Counted from the stretch's first letter, positions 29,413-40,423 are shown. The stretch is 64,000 nt of DNA from an uncultured virus (IMG/VR IMGVR_UViG_3300042013_000063) (IMGVR_UViG_3300042013_000063), one strand, 5' to 3'. Translations and numbers: made by a program. Notes: generated from the letters alone by a model not told the origin.

Positions 29413-29475
29413 CTAACCCTCCTTTAATTTTGATAGAGACTTTCATGCAATCAGGCTAGATGCTTAGGATATTCC

Positions 29476-31023
29476 ATGGACATTGACGTTTACAGTCACT
29501 GCATTAAAGTGACCAAAGTCTGGACAGAGCGCGACTTGCAGGCGATGATTGCCTTCTGTCGTCCTTTGATCGAGATGGGCTTTGAGAAGAAAGGACGCAA
29601 GTTCGTTCCCAAAGCCATACGGACTTACGCCGCTGCAACACGTGACCGGAAGGAGTTCAGTTTCCATCGAAACCAGCTGGGCGAATTGAAGTTCCATCTG
29701 TTCAAGCGCCACTTCTTCAAGGAAGAGCAAGTCACTATTCGGGAACACACGCTTAACCGCGCTGACTACCCGAAGTTTGACTTCAAGGTTAAGTTTATGT
29801 ATCCCCCACGGGATAGCCAACCGAGCATCTTGGAGTACGTGCTGGACAACGCTGAACTGCACCCTAAGTGGGACGCCATCATCAAGATGGTTGCACTACA
29901 GACGGGTAAAGGGAAGACGTACATCGCGCAGTATGTGATGAACGAGATGGGCCTGCGCACCGTGATCCACTTTAAAGGCGGCTACGTCGCTCGGTGGAAA
30001 GACGACTTGGAGAAGACCTTCGAGTTCAAGCGGGGCGAGCTGTTGATTGTCCGGGGTTCTAAGGACTTGATTGCATTGATGAAGATGCAGTTGGAAGGCA
30101 CACTCAAGGCTCAGGTGATCATCATCACCACGGCCACGATGCGAGAGTACTTCAAGGACTACGAGGAGAGCAACGGTCGTTCTCCTTTGTATCCGATCAA
30201 ACCGCTCGACTTCTATCCTACCTTAAAGGTGGGCTTCCGTGTGGGTGATGAGATCCACCAAGAGTTCTTCAACAACTTCAAAATCGACCTGTACACTCAC
30301 GTGATCAAGTCGTTGAGCCTGTCGGCGACGATGGAGTCGTCTGATCAGTTCAAGAACAAGATGTACGCTGTGGCTTACCCAATCAACCAGCGACACGATG
30401 GGGGTGGCTACGACGCTTACATTGCTGTAACTGCACTGATGTACCACTTGGACGAAGACACACGCGTCCGCTTCATGGGAGCCCAGGGTTATTCGCACAC
30501 TACGTTCGAAGAGTCCGTCATGAAGAACCCTCGACTCCTCAAGGCTTACTTGAAGATCATCGAGCGGGTGGTGTATCAGAAGTTCATTGGTTCGTTTGAG
30601 CACGGACAGAAGATGTTGGTCTTCTGTGCTACGACTGACCTGTGTACGATCGTCTGTGAAAGGCTCAAGCACATCCACACCGACTTCAACATTGTCCGGT
30701 ACGTGGGTTCGCTGAACGATCCGTACGATGAACTGCTTGAATGTGATATCGGTGTCACGACCATCGGTTCCGGTGGTACTGCGATCGACTTGGCAAACCT
30801 GCGGGTGTCTCTGATGACCACCGCCATCGACTCTCGTCAGTCTAATGAACAGGTGCTGGGCCGTACACGTCGTCTGAAGGACTTCCCGGACATCGTCCCA
30901 GAGTTCGTCTACTTCGTGTGTCAGGACATCGAGCAACACATGAAGTACCACCTCAACAAGCGCGAGTTCTTCAAGGGCAAAGTGGTCGCCCATGGAGACA
31001 TGCGTTCAAGTACTGCCCTGTAG
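29476..31023 (+). CDS. superfamily 2 (DExH) helicase, phiKZ gp75-like
   Basis: LQTGKGKT (Walker A), DEIH, LSAT and QVLGRTRR motifs. Confidence 0.92.
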   Translation: MDIDVYSHCIKVTKVWTERDLQAMIAFCRPLIEMGFEKKGRKFVPKAIRTYAAATRDRKEFSFHRNQLGELKFHLFKRHFFKEEQVTIREHTLNRADYPKFDFKVKFMYPPRDSQPSILEYVLDNAELHPKWDAIIKMVALQTGKGKTYIAQYVMNEMGLRTVIHFKGGYVARWKDDLEKTFEFKRGELLIVRGSKDLIALMKMQLEGTLKAQVIIITTATMREYFKDYEESNGRSPLYPIKPLDFYPTLKVGFRVGDEIHQEFFNNFKIDLYTHVIKSLSLSATMESSDQFKNKMYAVAYPINQRHDGGGYDAYIAVTALMYHLDEDTRVRFMGAQGYSHTTFEESVMKNPRLLKAYLKIIERVVYQKFIGSFEHGQKMLVFCATTDLCTIVCERLKHIHTDFNIVRYVGSLNDPYDELLECDIGVTTIGSGGTAIDLANLRVSLMTTAIDSRQSNEQVLGRTRRLKDFPDIVPEFVYFVCQDIEQHMKYHLNKREFFKGKVVAHGDMRSSTAL

Positions 31024-31074
31024 CACAACGGAGGGTGGCGACACCCTCCGTCTTATTCCTTTGGAGCCCAACCA

Positions 31075-32139
31075 ATGACTCAGTCTTTCGAACACAAACT
31101 GATTGATGACGTAGCCGTAATGATCAAATCCATGGGGGATCAACTGCACAGTACGTTGCCCCAAGCCGGTATGGCGATGAATGCTCTCGCGAACACCGTA
31201 GGTCAGGCTGGCGAGAACTACGAGCGTCGCCGTGTTGACATGATCATCAAAGGTACACACCCTACCTTGATCCCGATCAAGCGCATGCTGCTCCTACAGG
31301 CCAAGACCAATGACGCACTGAGGCAGTACCTGATCGGCGACCTAGCTTTGCAAGAACTGTTGGTATCGTCTCCGGATGAAGCGCCTCTGGCCAAGCAACA
31401 CGAGGCATCTGCCAACAAGAAACTGTTCAAACGTTTCGTAGGTGCCTGGTTCCGTCGCAAGTACCTGACCCGTGGTATTGAAACCGACGTGGGCGCCACC
31501 AGCATGTTCAGCGGTGTTCAGCGTAAGGACGTTCCGTATGGCATCATCATCAAGGACGGTGACATCGTCGTCCAGTTTGAAGACAGTGCCAAAGCGTTCA
31601 AGCATACCCTGACCCTCGGTAAGCACTACATCCAACACGATAGCAACAAGTACGCTATCCATTCGATGTGGATGGATGAGGAGTTCGGCGGGATCTTTGA
31701 CAGCATCGGTTGGTTGTGGCTCCAGCAGTACTTGATGGCCCCAGTCTGCGTATCGCACGCCATGACCTTGGCTGACTTCGAATGTATCCCTGATGCCGAG
31801 ATGCTGACGTTGGTCACCGAGATCCCTGAGATCAACACCATCCAGTCCTGGAACAAGGTCACCATGTACTACCCAGGTGACGGTGCGGAGTTCCTGCCGA
31901 AATGTCGCGTGGACGTGTCGTACCACTACTACTCTGGTAGCGATAAGCATCAGTTGACCATCAAGGTGGTGCCAGACGATAACCTCTTGGCATTGGGTCT
32001 GGACGGTTCTCCACAGCGCCGTGAAGTCCAGTTCACCGATGCACCAACCCCAATCCAGAAATGGATCAGGATGCACATCGAAGCTGAAATGGCCGCTAAG
32101 ATCGCTGAGGTCAAGGCAGAGAACGAACATAACAAATAA
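31075..32139 (+). CDS. hypothetical protein
   Basis: GGAG RBS; 354 aa. Confidence 0.8.
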   Translation: MTQSFEHKLIDDVAVMIKSMGDQLHSTLPQAGMAMNALANTVGQAGENYERRRVDMIIKGTHPTLIPIKRMLLLQAKTNDALRQYLIGDLALQELLVSSPDEAPLAKQHEASANKKLFKRFVGAWFRRKYLTRGIETDVGATSMFSGVQRKDVPYGIIIKDGDIVVQFEDSAKAFKHTLTLGKHYIQHDSNKYAIHSMWMDEEFGGIFDSIGWLWLQQYLMAPVCVSHAMTLADFECIPDAEMLTLVTEIPEINTIQSWNKVTMYYPGDGAEFLPKCRVDVSYHYYSGSDKHQLTIKVVPDDNLLALGLDGSPQRREVQFTDAPTPIQKWIRMHIEAEMAAKIAEVKAENEHNK

Positions 32140-32146
32140 GCTGACA

Positions 32147-32196
32147 GCATAGAGCCCCGGAGCAGCAATGCTCCGGGGCTCTATGCCTTTTCTTTT
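32147..32196. terminator. bidirectional terminator
   Basis: 18-bp stem GCATAGAGCCCCGGAGCA-GCAA-TGCTCCGGGGCTCTATGC plus T-tract, between convergent genes. Confidence 0.85.
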
Positions 32197-32198
32197 GC

Positions 32199-35100
32199 TT
32201 AGATACCGTAGTAGCCGAGCAACATGTGGCGTGCATCTTCGGTAGGCAGACCAGCCAGAGCGATCGTCCAGTCGATGTTCGACTTCACGTTGGCATCACG
32301 GGTCGCAGGATCGCAGGTGCGATACAGGACGGTGGTCATTTGCTGGAAGTGCTTCTGTTGCTTGCTGGAGACTTGCATCATCGCCACGCCGTTGTACAGC
32401 TGGCTCGGCTTGAAGATGGTGGTGCGGTGGTTGAAGTAGAACTTCAGCAGTTCAGTCCAGCCATCAACGAAGTCCTGGCCACGCAGTGCGGTCACGCGAG
32501 TGATGCAGCGGAACAGCAGTTGTTGGTACAGGGCGGCTTTAGCTTCGTTGCCACCTTCTTTCTTCATGCCTTCAGCGTAAGCCAACAGGTCTTCACGTAC
32601 GAACGTAACGGTCATGGGAGTTGTGTCCTCAGTAATGCCAGCGACCCTGAGTTTGATAACCTCAGGAGACAGGTTGGCAGGGATGTCAAAACAATAAGCG
32701 GCGTGTGCGACCAGTTCTTTCTCGGAGGCTTTCAGACCCGGAAGGATCAAACCCCGTGCCCAGGCTTTCACCTCAGCACGACTCCACATCCATGCAGAGC
32801 GATTATCCCGTTCACGATCGCGAATCCAGATACCCGATGGAGTGGCCGGCACTTTAGCGCCAGTCAATACATAGGATCGTACATCTTCTGGATACCAAGG
32901 GGATGGGACTTGGAAACGACTGTACACCATCGTCCACAGGTCAGCCTCAGGAGCCTTCAGCGTCGCAGGGATGTCCTTGCGCAACCAAGCCTTCAGTTCG
33001 TCGTTAGACCAGCTGAGGGCCTCTTTGGCTTCGCGCTTGGGATCGTTCAGGAACACGTTGCCGATCAGAGCGGTAGGCTTTGTTCCAGTGCGCAGGTACA
33101 AGAGGATCTCGTCCGGCGACCACATGGTAGCAGGCAGACCTTTCTCGTTGGTGATCAACCCTCGTGCACGGGCAGCAAACGCCACACCTTTCATGGCGAT
33201 CGTTGGGGCAACGAACTCAGACTTCGAGAACGCTTCCATTTCCAAGAACGACCATTTTTCTACGGACGTGATGTCCCGCAGACGATCTTCCACGAACAGA
33301 CCGTTGGAGGTCTTCTTCGGTTGTTGACCCGTGGTGTAGAAGGTCTTGATCGCAGTGTCAGTCCAGTGAGCGTCTACCTTGAACCGAGAACGGATCTCAG
33401 CATAGATAGCCGCAGTGTCAGACGACAACGACTTGACTTCACCCCGCAACCAGCCCTTGAGCTGTTTGTCAGTCGCCGACGTGGCGAATGTGAATGGCAG
33501 TTCGTCAGAGTCCTGTGGCACTTCACCGGTCAGCACGAAGCGAATGGCGTCCGCGTTGGAGTACTTGCTCGGTACATTGAAGCGTGTACGGATGGCCAGC
33601 ATGACATCAGCGTTAGCCGCGGTCGTGAGGATTTCACGGTTAGCCCAGGACTTAAGGTCGTCATCCGACCAATCGCTCGGGTACTTCTTGTCCCTGACGA
33701 TATCCTTCACCAGTACGCCCAACGTAGTGCGTCTAGGCTGCTCACCAGTCGCTGCAAAGCGCTTGACCGCGTCATCATCCCAGCTCGGATCGATCGAGCT
33801 GATAAGCGCTCTCAGAGCCTGTACCAATCCAGCCGGTGTGCACATGGCACTTGGCGGAATCTCACCACGAGCCCAAGCCCGCAGTTCTTCCAACGACCAT
33901 TGGTAAGCACCCCTGAAGTCACGACGGGTATCAACAACCAACACACCGTTAGACGTCAAGGTACCTTCGCGGAAGATCTTGGACGCAGCGTACTTGATCT
34001 CCTCAACAGTCGCGTCTTCTGGCATGTTCCAGTGGTACGCCACTTTCTTACGGGAAGCTTCAGTACCATCTTCCAACTGTTCCATCAACGTCAGCTCATG
34101 GAACTTATAGCCATCGCCTTTGTAGTGAGTCAGGAAGTTGACCAGTTCCCAATCAGACGCCATGTTAGCGCCGATGATAGTACGCACGCGGTTGAGGATC
34201 TGCTGCTTGGAGTTCGGGACAGAGATCTTCTCATTGATGATGTCCGAGAAGAACTTCAGGTCGGTCTTACGGTTGATCGTCTGATCGTCGTAAGTGACTG
34301 TATCGTTACCGAAGTCAGTACGGTCTGGCTCAGTCCCGTTATCGAGGAAAGCCAACACTTCTTTCAACGACCAGTCCGCAGACTTGATGATCTTCTTGTC
34401 AGCCAGCGTCGCAATGAGGGATTCCTCAGTGACGTTGTCCAGACCTTCGATCCAACCGTGCGCCAAGGCCACCAGCTCTTCGTTAGACCATTTGCTAACC
34501 GTGTCCGTACTACGACGAGGGTCAGTGATGATCACGCCGTTAGGGGTCACAGGAGGCGTCTCATCATCCAAGAACCACAAGGTGCGTTGAGCCAATGTAG
34601 CCAGCCCCTCCCACTTCTTGGTACGCTCAGCCATCACAACGTTGAGGTCAACGGTCAGCGTGGTAATGATCTCTTTCTTCCAGAGGCCACGGACTTCGTC
34701 ATCTGTCCACTCGGACATTGGCAGGCTATCGCGCAAGTAGTTACGCACCAACAGGCCAGCAGGTGTGATCGCAGGTTCGACTTCATCGAAGTGCAGCGCC
34801 AAGGCTTCGTCATCGTACAGTTCGCTGTACGGCTTCTTACCATGGGCCCGCAGGGAGTCAACGGTGAACTTCAGGATCGCAGCCTTTTGTTCGTCCGAGT
34901 ATTCCAGACGATCACGGTACGCACCTTCAATCTCGGTGACTGTCAACGAGGAAGGCACACGATCAGCACGAGTGACGTCGATGCACCAGACGCCGTTCCA
35001 CGACACAGGTAACTTACCGGTCATGATGTGGTCACGGATCTGCTGGTCAGTCCACTGAGTAGGCTCGGCGTCTTGGATCTTGTCGGTGTCAAACTCTAAT

Positions 35101-35990
35101 CGAGACATCGGACGACGGGTGACCTTGCTCAGATACATCGCAAAGGCTTTGTCGCTGTTCGTCTCTTTGATGAGGTCAGGCAACGAACCTACCGGGATGC
35201 GATCCACGTCGATGTCGGACAGTTCAGGGATCGTACCGTGCTCAATGTAAGCAGCGCAGTCTTCCTTCGACCAGAACCATTCGCCAGAGATGGCCTGAGT
35301 AACGGCTGTCAGCAGTTCGCCATCATCGTGACCAGCACTATCGATAGCACCGATAGCCCAGTCGTACAGTTCGTCTTCTTTCCATTCGGTGACCAGACGA
35401 GTAGCACGGGTACGATCACGCAACAGTGAGCCATTCGGCGCGGTTGGCGGAGTGACGCGGTTCGCACAATACTCGGCATAGTCTTCGAACGTGGTACCCA
35501 AGTTCAGGTTGAACCGGTCCAATGCTTCAACCAGCACGTACTCACGGCTGCGTTCGAATGGACCGAACAGACCCAGACCAAAGTCAACCAACTCGCTGTC
35601 ATTCAGCAGGTGGACGTCCTTGGTAAAGCGCTCAGGGTCATTGACGTAGTTGCCGGCTTTGGTTTTAGCAGGTGGCTTGCCTGTCACCAACCAGTCGTAC
35701 AGCTCATCAACACCCCATTTGTTCGCATCAGGTTGCTCAGTCTTGGCTTTCATCAACAGAGCGACTTGGAACGGTTCACTGCCAGGGTCTTGCTTGCTGA
35801 CCAGCTCGCCGTTGTACAGCGCGAACATCTCAGCCATCGTCCACTGAATCAGATCTTTGCCTTCACGGACAATGTCATTGACCCAAACCCCGTTCTTCGC
35901 CTTGGCCGGCTCATGACCAGACTCGAGATACGTGTCGATCTCAGCATCTGACCATGCGGGAGGGTATTTCCCTTTGTAAGTATCGATCAT
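32199..35990 (-). CDS. large tandem-repeat protein (~11-12 Trp-rich units plus unique C-terminal domain)
   Basis: 1263 aa; recurring TxNGVxVxDxxR...WSxxELxAWxxGEI...WxxxxxxxF/YxxTGxxP; AAGGA RBS; downstream of vRNAP beta' fragment. Confidence 0.85.
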   Translation of the reverse strand: MIDTYKGKYPPAWSDAEIDTYLESGHEPAKAKNGVWVNDIVREGKDLIQWTMAEMFALYNGELVSKQDPGSEPFQVALLMKAKTEQPDANKWGVDELYDWLVTGKPPAKTKAGNYVNDPERFTKDVHLLNDSELVDFGLGLFGPFERSREYVLVEALDRFNLNLGTTFEDYAEYCANRVTPPTAPNGSLLRDRTRATRLVTEWKEDELYDWAIGAIDSAGHDDGELLTAVTQAISGEWFWSKEDCAAYIEHGTIPELSDIDVDRIPVGSLPDLIKETNSDKAFAMYLSKVTRRPMSRLEFDTDKIQDAEPTQWTDQQIRDHIMTGKLPVSWNGVWCIDVTRADRVPSSLTVTEIEGAYRDRLEYSDEQKAAILKFTVDSLRAHGKKPYSELYDDEALALHFDEVEPAITPAGLLVRNYLRDSLPMSEWTDDEVRGLWKKEIITTLTVDLNVVMAERTKKWEGLATLAQRTLWFLDDETPPVTPNGVIITDPRRSTDTVSKWSNEELVALAHGWIEGLDNVTEESLIATLADKKIIKSADWSLKEVLAFLDNGTEPDRTDFGNDTVTYDDQTINRKTDLKFFSDIINEKISVPNSKQQILNRVRTIIGANMASDWELVNFLTHYKGDGYKFHELTLMEQLEDGTEASRKKVAYHWNMPEDATVEEIKYAASKIFREGTLTSNGVLVVDTRRDFRGAYQWSLEELRAWARGEIPPSAMCTPAGLVQALRALISSIDPSWDDDAVKRFAATGEQPRRTTLGVLVKDIVRDKKYPSDWSDDDLKSWANREILTTAANADVMLAIRTRFNVPSKYSNADAIRFVLTGEVPQDSDELPFTFATSATDKQLKGWLRGEVKSLSSDTAAIYAEIRSRFKVDAHWTDTAIKTFYTTGQQPKKTSNGLFVEDRLRDITSVEKWSFLEMEAFSKSEFVAPTIAMKGVAFAARARGLITNEKGLPATMWSPDEILLYLRTGTKPTALIGNVFLNDPKREAKEALSWSNDELKAWLRKDIPATLKAPEADLWTMVYSRFQVPSPWYPEDVRSYVLTGAKVPATPSGIWIRDRERDNRSAWMWSRAEVKAWARGLILPGLKASEKELVAHAAYCFDIPANLSPEVIKLRVAGITEDTTPMTVTFVREDLLAYAEGMKKEGGNEAKAALYQQLLFRCITRVTALRGQDFVDGWTELLKFYFNHRTTIFKPSQLYNGVAMMQVSSKQQKHFQQMTTVLYRTCDPATRDANVKSNIDWTIALAGLPTEDARHMLLGYYGI

Positions 35991-36002
35991 TACAGCGTCC
36001 TT

Positions 36003-37373
36003 TTAGCGGAATGCCTTCCTGAAGTCCAAACGAGCTGTCTTCAGTTCTTTGGCGTGAGCGGATGCCATCATGATAGCCATGAACATCGAGGCTACCGAGG
36101 TGTTTTCTGCACCGAGTCCGTACGGGTTGGAGCTCAACCGAAGACCACAACACTTGGCACAGTAATCGGTGTGTCCAGTTTTGCAATAGTTAGGACTACG
36201 AGTGGTTACTTTCTTACCAGAGACCTCTTGCAGACGCTCTTTGGTCAAGTTGACCAGACCGCCTTTGGTCATTTCCCACAGACCTTCGAAGTAATCCAGA
36301 CGATCCGGGTCAATGAAACGATCCAGACCCAAGGTAGAACCGCAATCGTCCTCACCGATGTTGGTGTTCTGGAAGACTCGCATGAAGAACTTCACCGCTT
36401 CCCCGCCGAGAGCTGTCAAAGCACCCCGGTAGAAGGAACCCGCACGCGAGGAGTTGAACATCGCGGGCAGTTTAGTGGTGTCCCAACCTTCATTCAGGCT
36501 GTTGACCACGAGTTCAGCGTTCGAACCTTCGTTAAAGCCAGCCTCAGGGCCGTGAATAACGAACATACGTTTACGGGCGGTGTTGAAAGACTTGCCGGAG
36601 ATGAAGAAACCTTCCGACGGATCGCCTTTGATCCAGTCCCTGTCCATCTGGATCAGTTCGTCTTGGATCTTGGCCACGACTACCGGGTCATGGAGACGGT
36701 CCTTGTGCTCTTCCAGCAGCTCTGCACGACGCACCAAGACCTTAGGGTCAGTGGTGAGCGACTTCGGCGTCAGCGTCGGTACAAAGAGCTGTGTGTAACC
36801 TGCCAGTGCACCCATGCAACGACCGTACTTCATGTACATCCAGACCGGGATCTGATCAGGACGTGGTTCAACACCCCCGATCTCTTTGTTGTCGCACAGT
36901 TTGGTCGCAATGATCGCTTCAATCTTGCGGATCTTCACCGGACCGACTTGATACGGGATGCGATCTTCGAACGGATGCACCAGAGCGATGTAGTTGAACA
37001 GCAAATCGCCGTAAGTACTCTCGACTTCCTTCGTGCAGTTGATGATATCGTCCGGTGTAACGGTCAATGGATGACCCGCCACGAACAAAGCGGTCATCGG
37101 CGTATGATCGCTGATAGCCACCCACTCGTATTTGCCGTCACCGATGTGCATATTGACTTCGGTAGACTCACGGTTGTATCGAATGTCGAATGGAGTGTCG
37201 TAGTAAATGATCCCAGCTTCTGGATGGAGCGCCATGAACACTGCATCGTTCAATTGGTTCTTTTCAGCAGCGGGTTTAGGACGGCGAGTCACAGCGAATG
37301 CGGACAGCACCCACTCTTTTCGCATGTAGGCGCCCATCTTGAGCGCCTCCTTGTAAAACTTAGCCTTGTCCAT
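36003..37373 (-). CDS. virion RNA polymerase beta' middle fragment (phiKZ gp80-like)
   Basis: NSLNEGW...SRAG...RGALTALGG (bridge helix), EDDCGS, RSPNYC...YCAKCCG, MMASAH. Confidence 0.9.
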   Translation of the reverse strand: MDKAKFYKEALKMGAYMRKEWVLSAFAVTRRPKPAAEKNQLNDAVFMALHPEAGIIYYDTPFDIRYNRESTEVNMHIGDGKYEWVAISDHTPMTALFVAGHPLTVTPDDIINCTKEVESTYGDLLFNYIALVHPFEDRIPYQVGPVKIRKIEAIIATKLCDNKEIGGVEPRPDQIPVWMYMKYGRCMGALAGYTQLFVPTLTPKSLTTDPKVLVRRAELLEEHKDRLHDPVVVAKIQDELIQMDRDWIKGDPSEGFFISGKSFNTARKRMFVIHGPEAGFNEGSNAELVVNSLNEGWDTTKLPAMFNSSRAGSFYRGALTALGGEAVKFFMRVFQNTNIGEDDCGSTLGLDRFIDPDRLDYFEGLWEMTKGGLVNLTKERLQEVSGKKVTTRSPNYCKTGHTDYCAKCCGLRLSSNPYGLGAENTSVASMFMAIMMASAHAKELKTARLDFRKAFR

Positions 37374-38212
37374 CAGAATTCCCCATCAAGTCCGGCCAAA
37401 CGAGCTTTGAGAAGTTTGGTAACCTTCATCATGTCGAAGACTTCGGTGTAAATTTGCTCCAGGAAGAACAGAACCTCATCTTCAAGAGCGTCTTTCGGCG
37501 TATTGGCCAGCAACGCCAACGATACGAGGTGATCGACCACTTGTTCAGGCGTGGAATCGCCGATCTTCTCTTTGTAATGCTCAACCATGACCGGCATGGA
37601 GGTGCCAATCCCTACACCTTCACCCAATGCTTCCATTCCCAATGATGTGCCGACCGGAATGAGGGTCTGGTGCTTGTTCATCATACCCAAACACTTCTCA
37701 ACGTCTTGTTCGCTGTACTGTTGACGCTCCACTGACTTGTTGACCACTGCAATCATGGCTTCAACGGTGAACACAGAGACGTCTTCGATGTACTCCATCC
37801 ATTCTTCCGGCTCTTTGCTGGTACGAATGCCGATGGCGTTGCAGAAAGCTTCGGTGGTGTCTTCAGCCGCTTGAAGAGCAGCCAAGATCTCGCCGTCCAT
37901 GTCACTTGGTTCAAACATCATCGCATCAACCAAGTCTGCGAGCAGGTCGATACGCAGGTCTTCGAGGTTGACACGGATCTTCATCTGTTGGAACAGGGCT
38001 TCAGCCTGAGCGTAGAGAATACCGATGGCACGATCAGTCAACGTAGACGCATCTTCGTTATCACCGATCATTACCAAGTTGGTAATCTGTTCTTTCCAAC
38101 CGACGGCCTTGTGTTTCTCAAAAGCTGAGACCAATGCATTGATACCAATCCACATGTTCTCTTCAACACGACCTTGGATAATGCGGTTCAGATCTTCAAA
38201 CATCGGTGCCAC
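37373..38212 (-). CDS. conserved acidic helical hypothetical protein
   Basis: 279 aa; TGATG overlap with the vRNAP gene; start may be ATG 38203. Confidence 0.75.
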   Translation of the reverse strand: MAPMFEDLNRIIQGRVEENMWIGINALVSAFEKHKAVGWKEQITNLVMIGDNEDASTLTDRAIGILYAQAEALFQQMKIRVNLEDLRIDLLADLVDAMMFEPSDMDGEILAALQAAEDTTEAFCNAIGIRTSKEPEEWMEYIEDVSVFTVEAMIAVVNKSVERQQYSEQDVEKCLGMMNKHQTLIPVGTSLGMEALGEGVGIGTSMPVMVEHYKEKIGDSTPEQVVDHLVSLALLANTPKDALEDEVLFFLEQIYTEVFDMMKVTKLLKARLAGLDGEF

Positions 38213-38298
38213 CTTAATAAATAAAGTTTAGTCGCCCTATTATGGGTGAAATACAAATCATTTGTCGTCAAGGTTAATAATTCATTAAGGATGTAATC

Positions 38299-38706
38299 AT
38301 GTCCACTTCCAATAGCACCGCCTTTGACGATGTCAAGGCCCTGAATTTGTCTGCCAAGGATCTTCTGGCAAAATACGGCCGTCAAGCCGTCGAAGCACGT
38401 AAGACCGAATTCAAAGATCCAGAAGTAAAGGGTCGTGTTACCGAACTCACAGATCTGATTGATCGCGATGTACGCGAACTCGATCTACAGGTCAAGGCGG
38501 TTGAGAAAACTCATTCGGCTTGGCCAGCTGTTCCGAAACGTGGCTCTCACTATACCAAAGCACTTCTCGTTGGTGGTCAGTATGTAGAGATCATGGAGAA
38601 TGTAAACAGTACCGTTGGTATCGCTGCGTTTGAATTGGTTGAGATCATGAACAACCAAAACATCGCCGCGACCGAACAATCCGCAGACCTTCAACCTTCG
38701 ATTTAA
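38299..38706 (+). CDS. hypothetical helical protein
   Basis: AAGGA RBS; 135 aa; divergent from minus-strand operon. Confidence 0.75.
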   Translation: MSTSNSTAFDDVKALNLSAKDLLAKYGRQAVEARKTEFKDPEVKGRVTELTDLIDRDVRELDLQVKAVEKTHSAWPAVPKRGSHYTKALLVGGQYVEIMENVNSTVGIAAFELVEIMNNQNIAATEQSADLQPSI

Positions 38707-38764
38707 TCACACTTCACTTCATGTCATAAGAAAGTAAGCCAACTCAAGGTTAAAGGAAGACTTC

Positions 38765-40423
38765 ATGTCTGAGAATGAAACCGGCCAGCCAAACGATTCC
38801 GGGATGGAAGAGATCGAACTCGATCTGACCCCGATCGTAGCAGAGCCACAAGAACGAATTCTGTTGACGCCTGATGATAGCGTAGCCACTCCGGCTGCTG
38901 AAGTCTCTGGCACCAGCGCGGATGCCTTCGCCGATGCGACTGAGCAAGCCACTGCTGATGAAGAGCACGTCATCCGTGACGAGATCCGTGACGAACTGTG
39001 GGAAGACTTCACCAAGCCAAACCCGCACGTGACCATGGCTCAATCGCCAATGAAGCGTACCACCTTCAAGAAGGCGACTGCGGCATTGGCTGGCATGCGT
39101 GTTGGCTTTAAAGAAGCTCACGCCATTCTGGAAGCAGAAGGTCTGAACGACATCGATGACGAACAAGCGGCAAAGCTCTCGCCTGCTGAAACCCGTCTGG
39201 TGAACATCGTTCGTTCCCTGTCCCCTATCTGGCAGACTGCTTACTTCGCTGATTCGTTCGAAGCCGGTGACTGGCAACAGACCGTTAAGCATAACGACAC
39301 CGACCTCGGCACGCGCCGTGTGAAGTTGGATCGTGTGGCTGACCCGATCCTGATGATCCGCTCCAGCCTGGGCCAAGGCTCGCTGGTACAGATCCCGCTG
39401 TGGCATACCGGTATCTGGATCACCCTGCGTGCACCGAGCAACAACGCACTGTTGGAACTGGATCAGCGTATCCGCATGGAGAAGAACACCCTGGGTCGTT
39501 ACTCCAACGGCATGGTCTTCTCGAACGTCGAAGTGTACACCGTAGCGACCTACGCTCGTTTCGCCCTGGAACACATGTACAGCGCGACTTACGAGTTCGA
39601 CACCGCGGATCACGTCGAAGAGCTGCTCAGCACCATCAAGTCGACCGACTACCCGCAACTGTTGTACGGGCTGTTGACCGCGATGTACCCAGACGGCTAC
39701 CCATTCCGTCAACCGTGCGTGGCCGACCCGCACAAGTGCGACTACATGGATGAAACCATCCTGTCGATCGCTCGCCTGTCGTGGACTGACCGTGACCGCC
39801 TGACCGCCAAGCAAAAGCGCATGATGGCTTCGCGTAACAGCAAGACCACCCGCGCCATGCTCGACGAGTACCAGTCCGAGTTCCCGTTCGACAACCGCGC
39901 CATCAAGCTGAACCCCAGCGTCACTGCCTACTTGGCCGTGCCAACACTGGCCGATCAGATCGAAGCCGGTTACCGTTGGGTTGACGGCATTCAGGACGCC
40001 ACCAACAAGGCGTTCGGTCTGAAGCTGAGTGAAGTCGATCGTTATCGCCACATCGTGCGTTCGGGCATGATGACCAGTCTGCGTCAGTACGCGCACTGGA
40101 TTGATCGTTTCGAGATCCAAGACAAGGACGGCGTCGCGCCGACCATCGTCAACGACCCGATCAAGAAAGACGAAGCGATGGAAGTCATCTCTGGCGATGA
40201 CGTGGCACTGAAGATGCTCGATGAGAACATCATGAAGTGGATCGACAACTGCACCGTGTCCATCATCGGTCTGCCGAAGTCCACCTGCCCTCAGTGTCAA
40301 GGCGAACCGTCTGAAGAACTGACGACTCACCCAGACCTCATCCCTCTCGACATCGGTTACATTTTTTTTACCCTAGCCGCGTTGAAAATCAAACAGATCG
40401 AAGGCGAGGGCGTCGATCAATAG
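38765..40423 (+). CDS. conserved phiKZ-like protein (gp77-like); putative tail/baseplate assembly chaperone with Zn site
   Basis: AAGGA RBS; C.....KC and CPQC pairs; ends ...PLD..YIFFTL over a T8 run. Confidence 0.7.
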   Translation: MSENETGQPNDSGMEEIELDLTPIVAEPQERILLTPDDSVATPAAEVSGTSADAFADATEQATADEEHVIRDEIRDELWEDFTKPNPHVTMAQSPMKRTTFKKATAALAGMRVGFKEAHAILEAEGLNDIDDEQAAKLSPAETRLVNIVRSLSPIWQTAYFADSFEAGDWQQTVKHNDTDLGTRRVKLDRVADPILMIRSSLGQGSLVQIPLWHTGIWITLRAPSNNALLELDQRIRMEKNTLGRYSNGMVFSNVEVYTVATYARFALEHMYSATYEFDTADHVEELLSTIKSTDYPQLLYGLLTAMYPDGYPFRQPCVADPHKCDYMDETILSIARLSWTDRDRLTAKQKRMMASRNSKTTRAMLDEYQSEFPFDNRAIKLNPSVTAYLAVPTLADQIEAGYRWVDGIQDATNKAFGLKLSEVDRYRHIVRSGMMTSLRQYAHWIDRFEIQDKDGVAPTIVNDPIKKDEAMEVISGDDVALKMLDENIMKWIDNCTVSIIGLPKSTCPQCQGEPSEELTTHPDLIPLDIGYIFFTLAALKIKQIEGEGVDQ

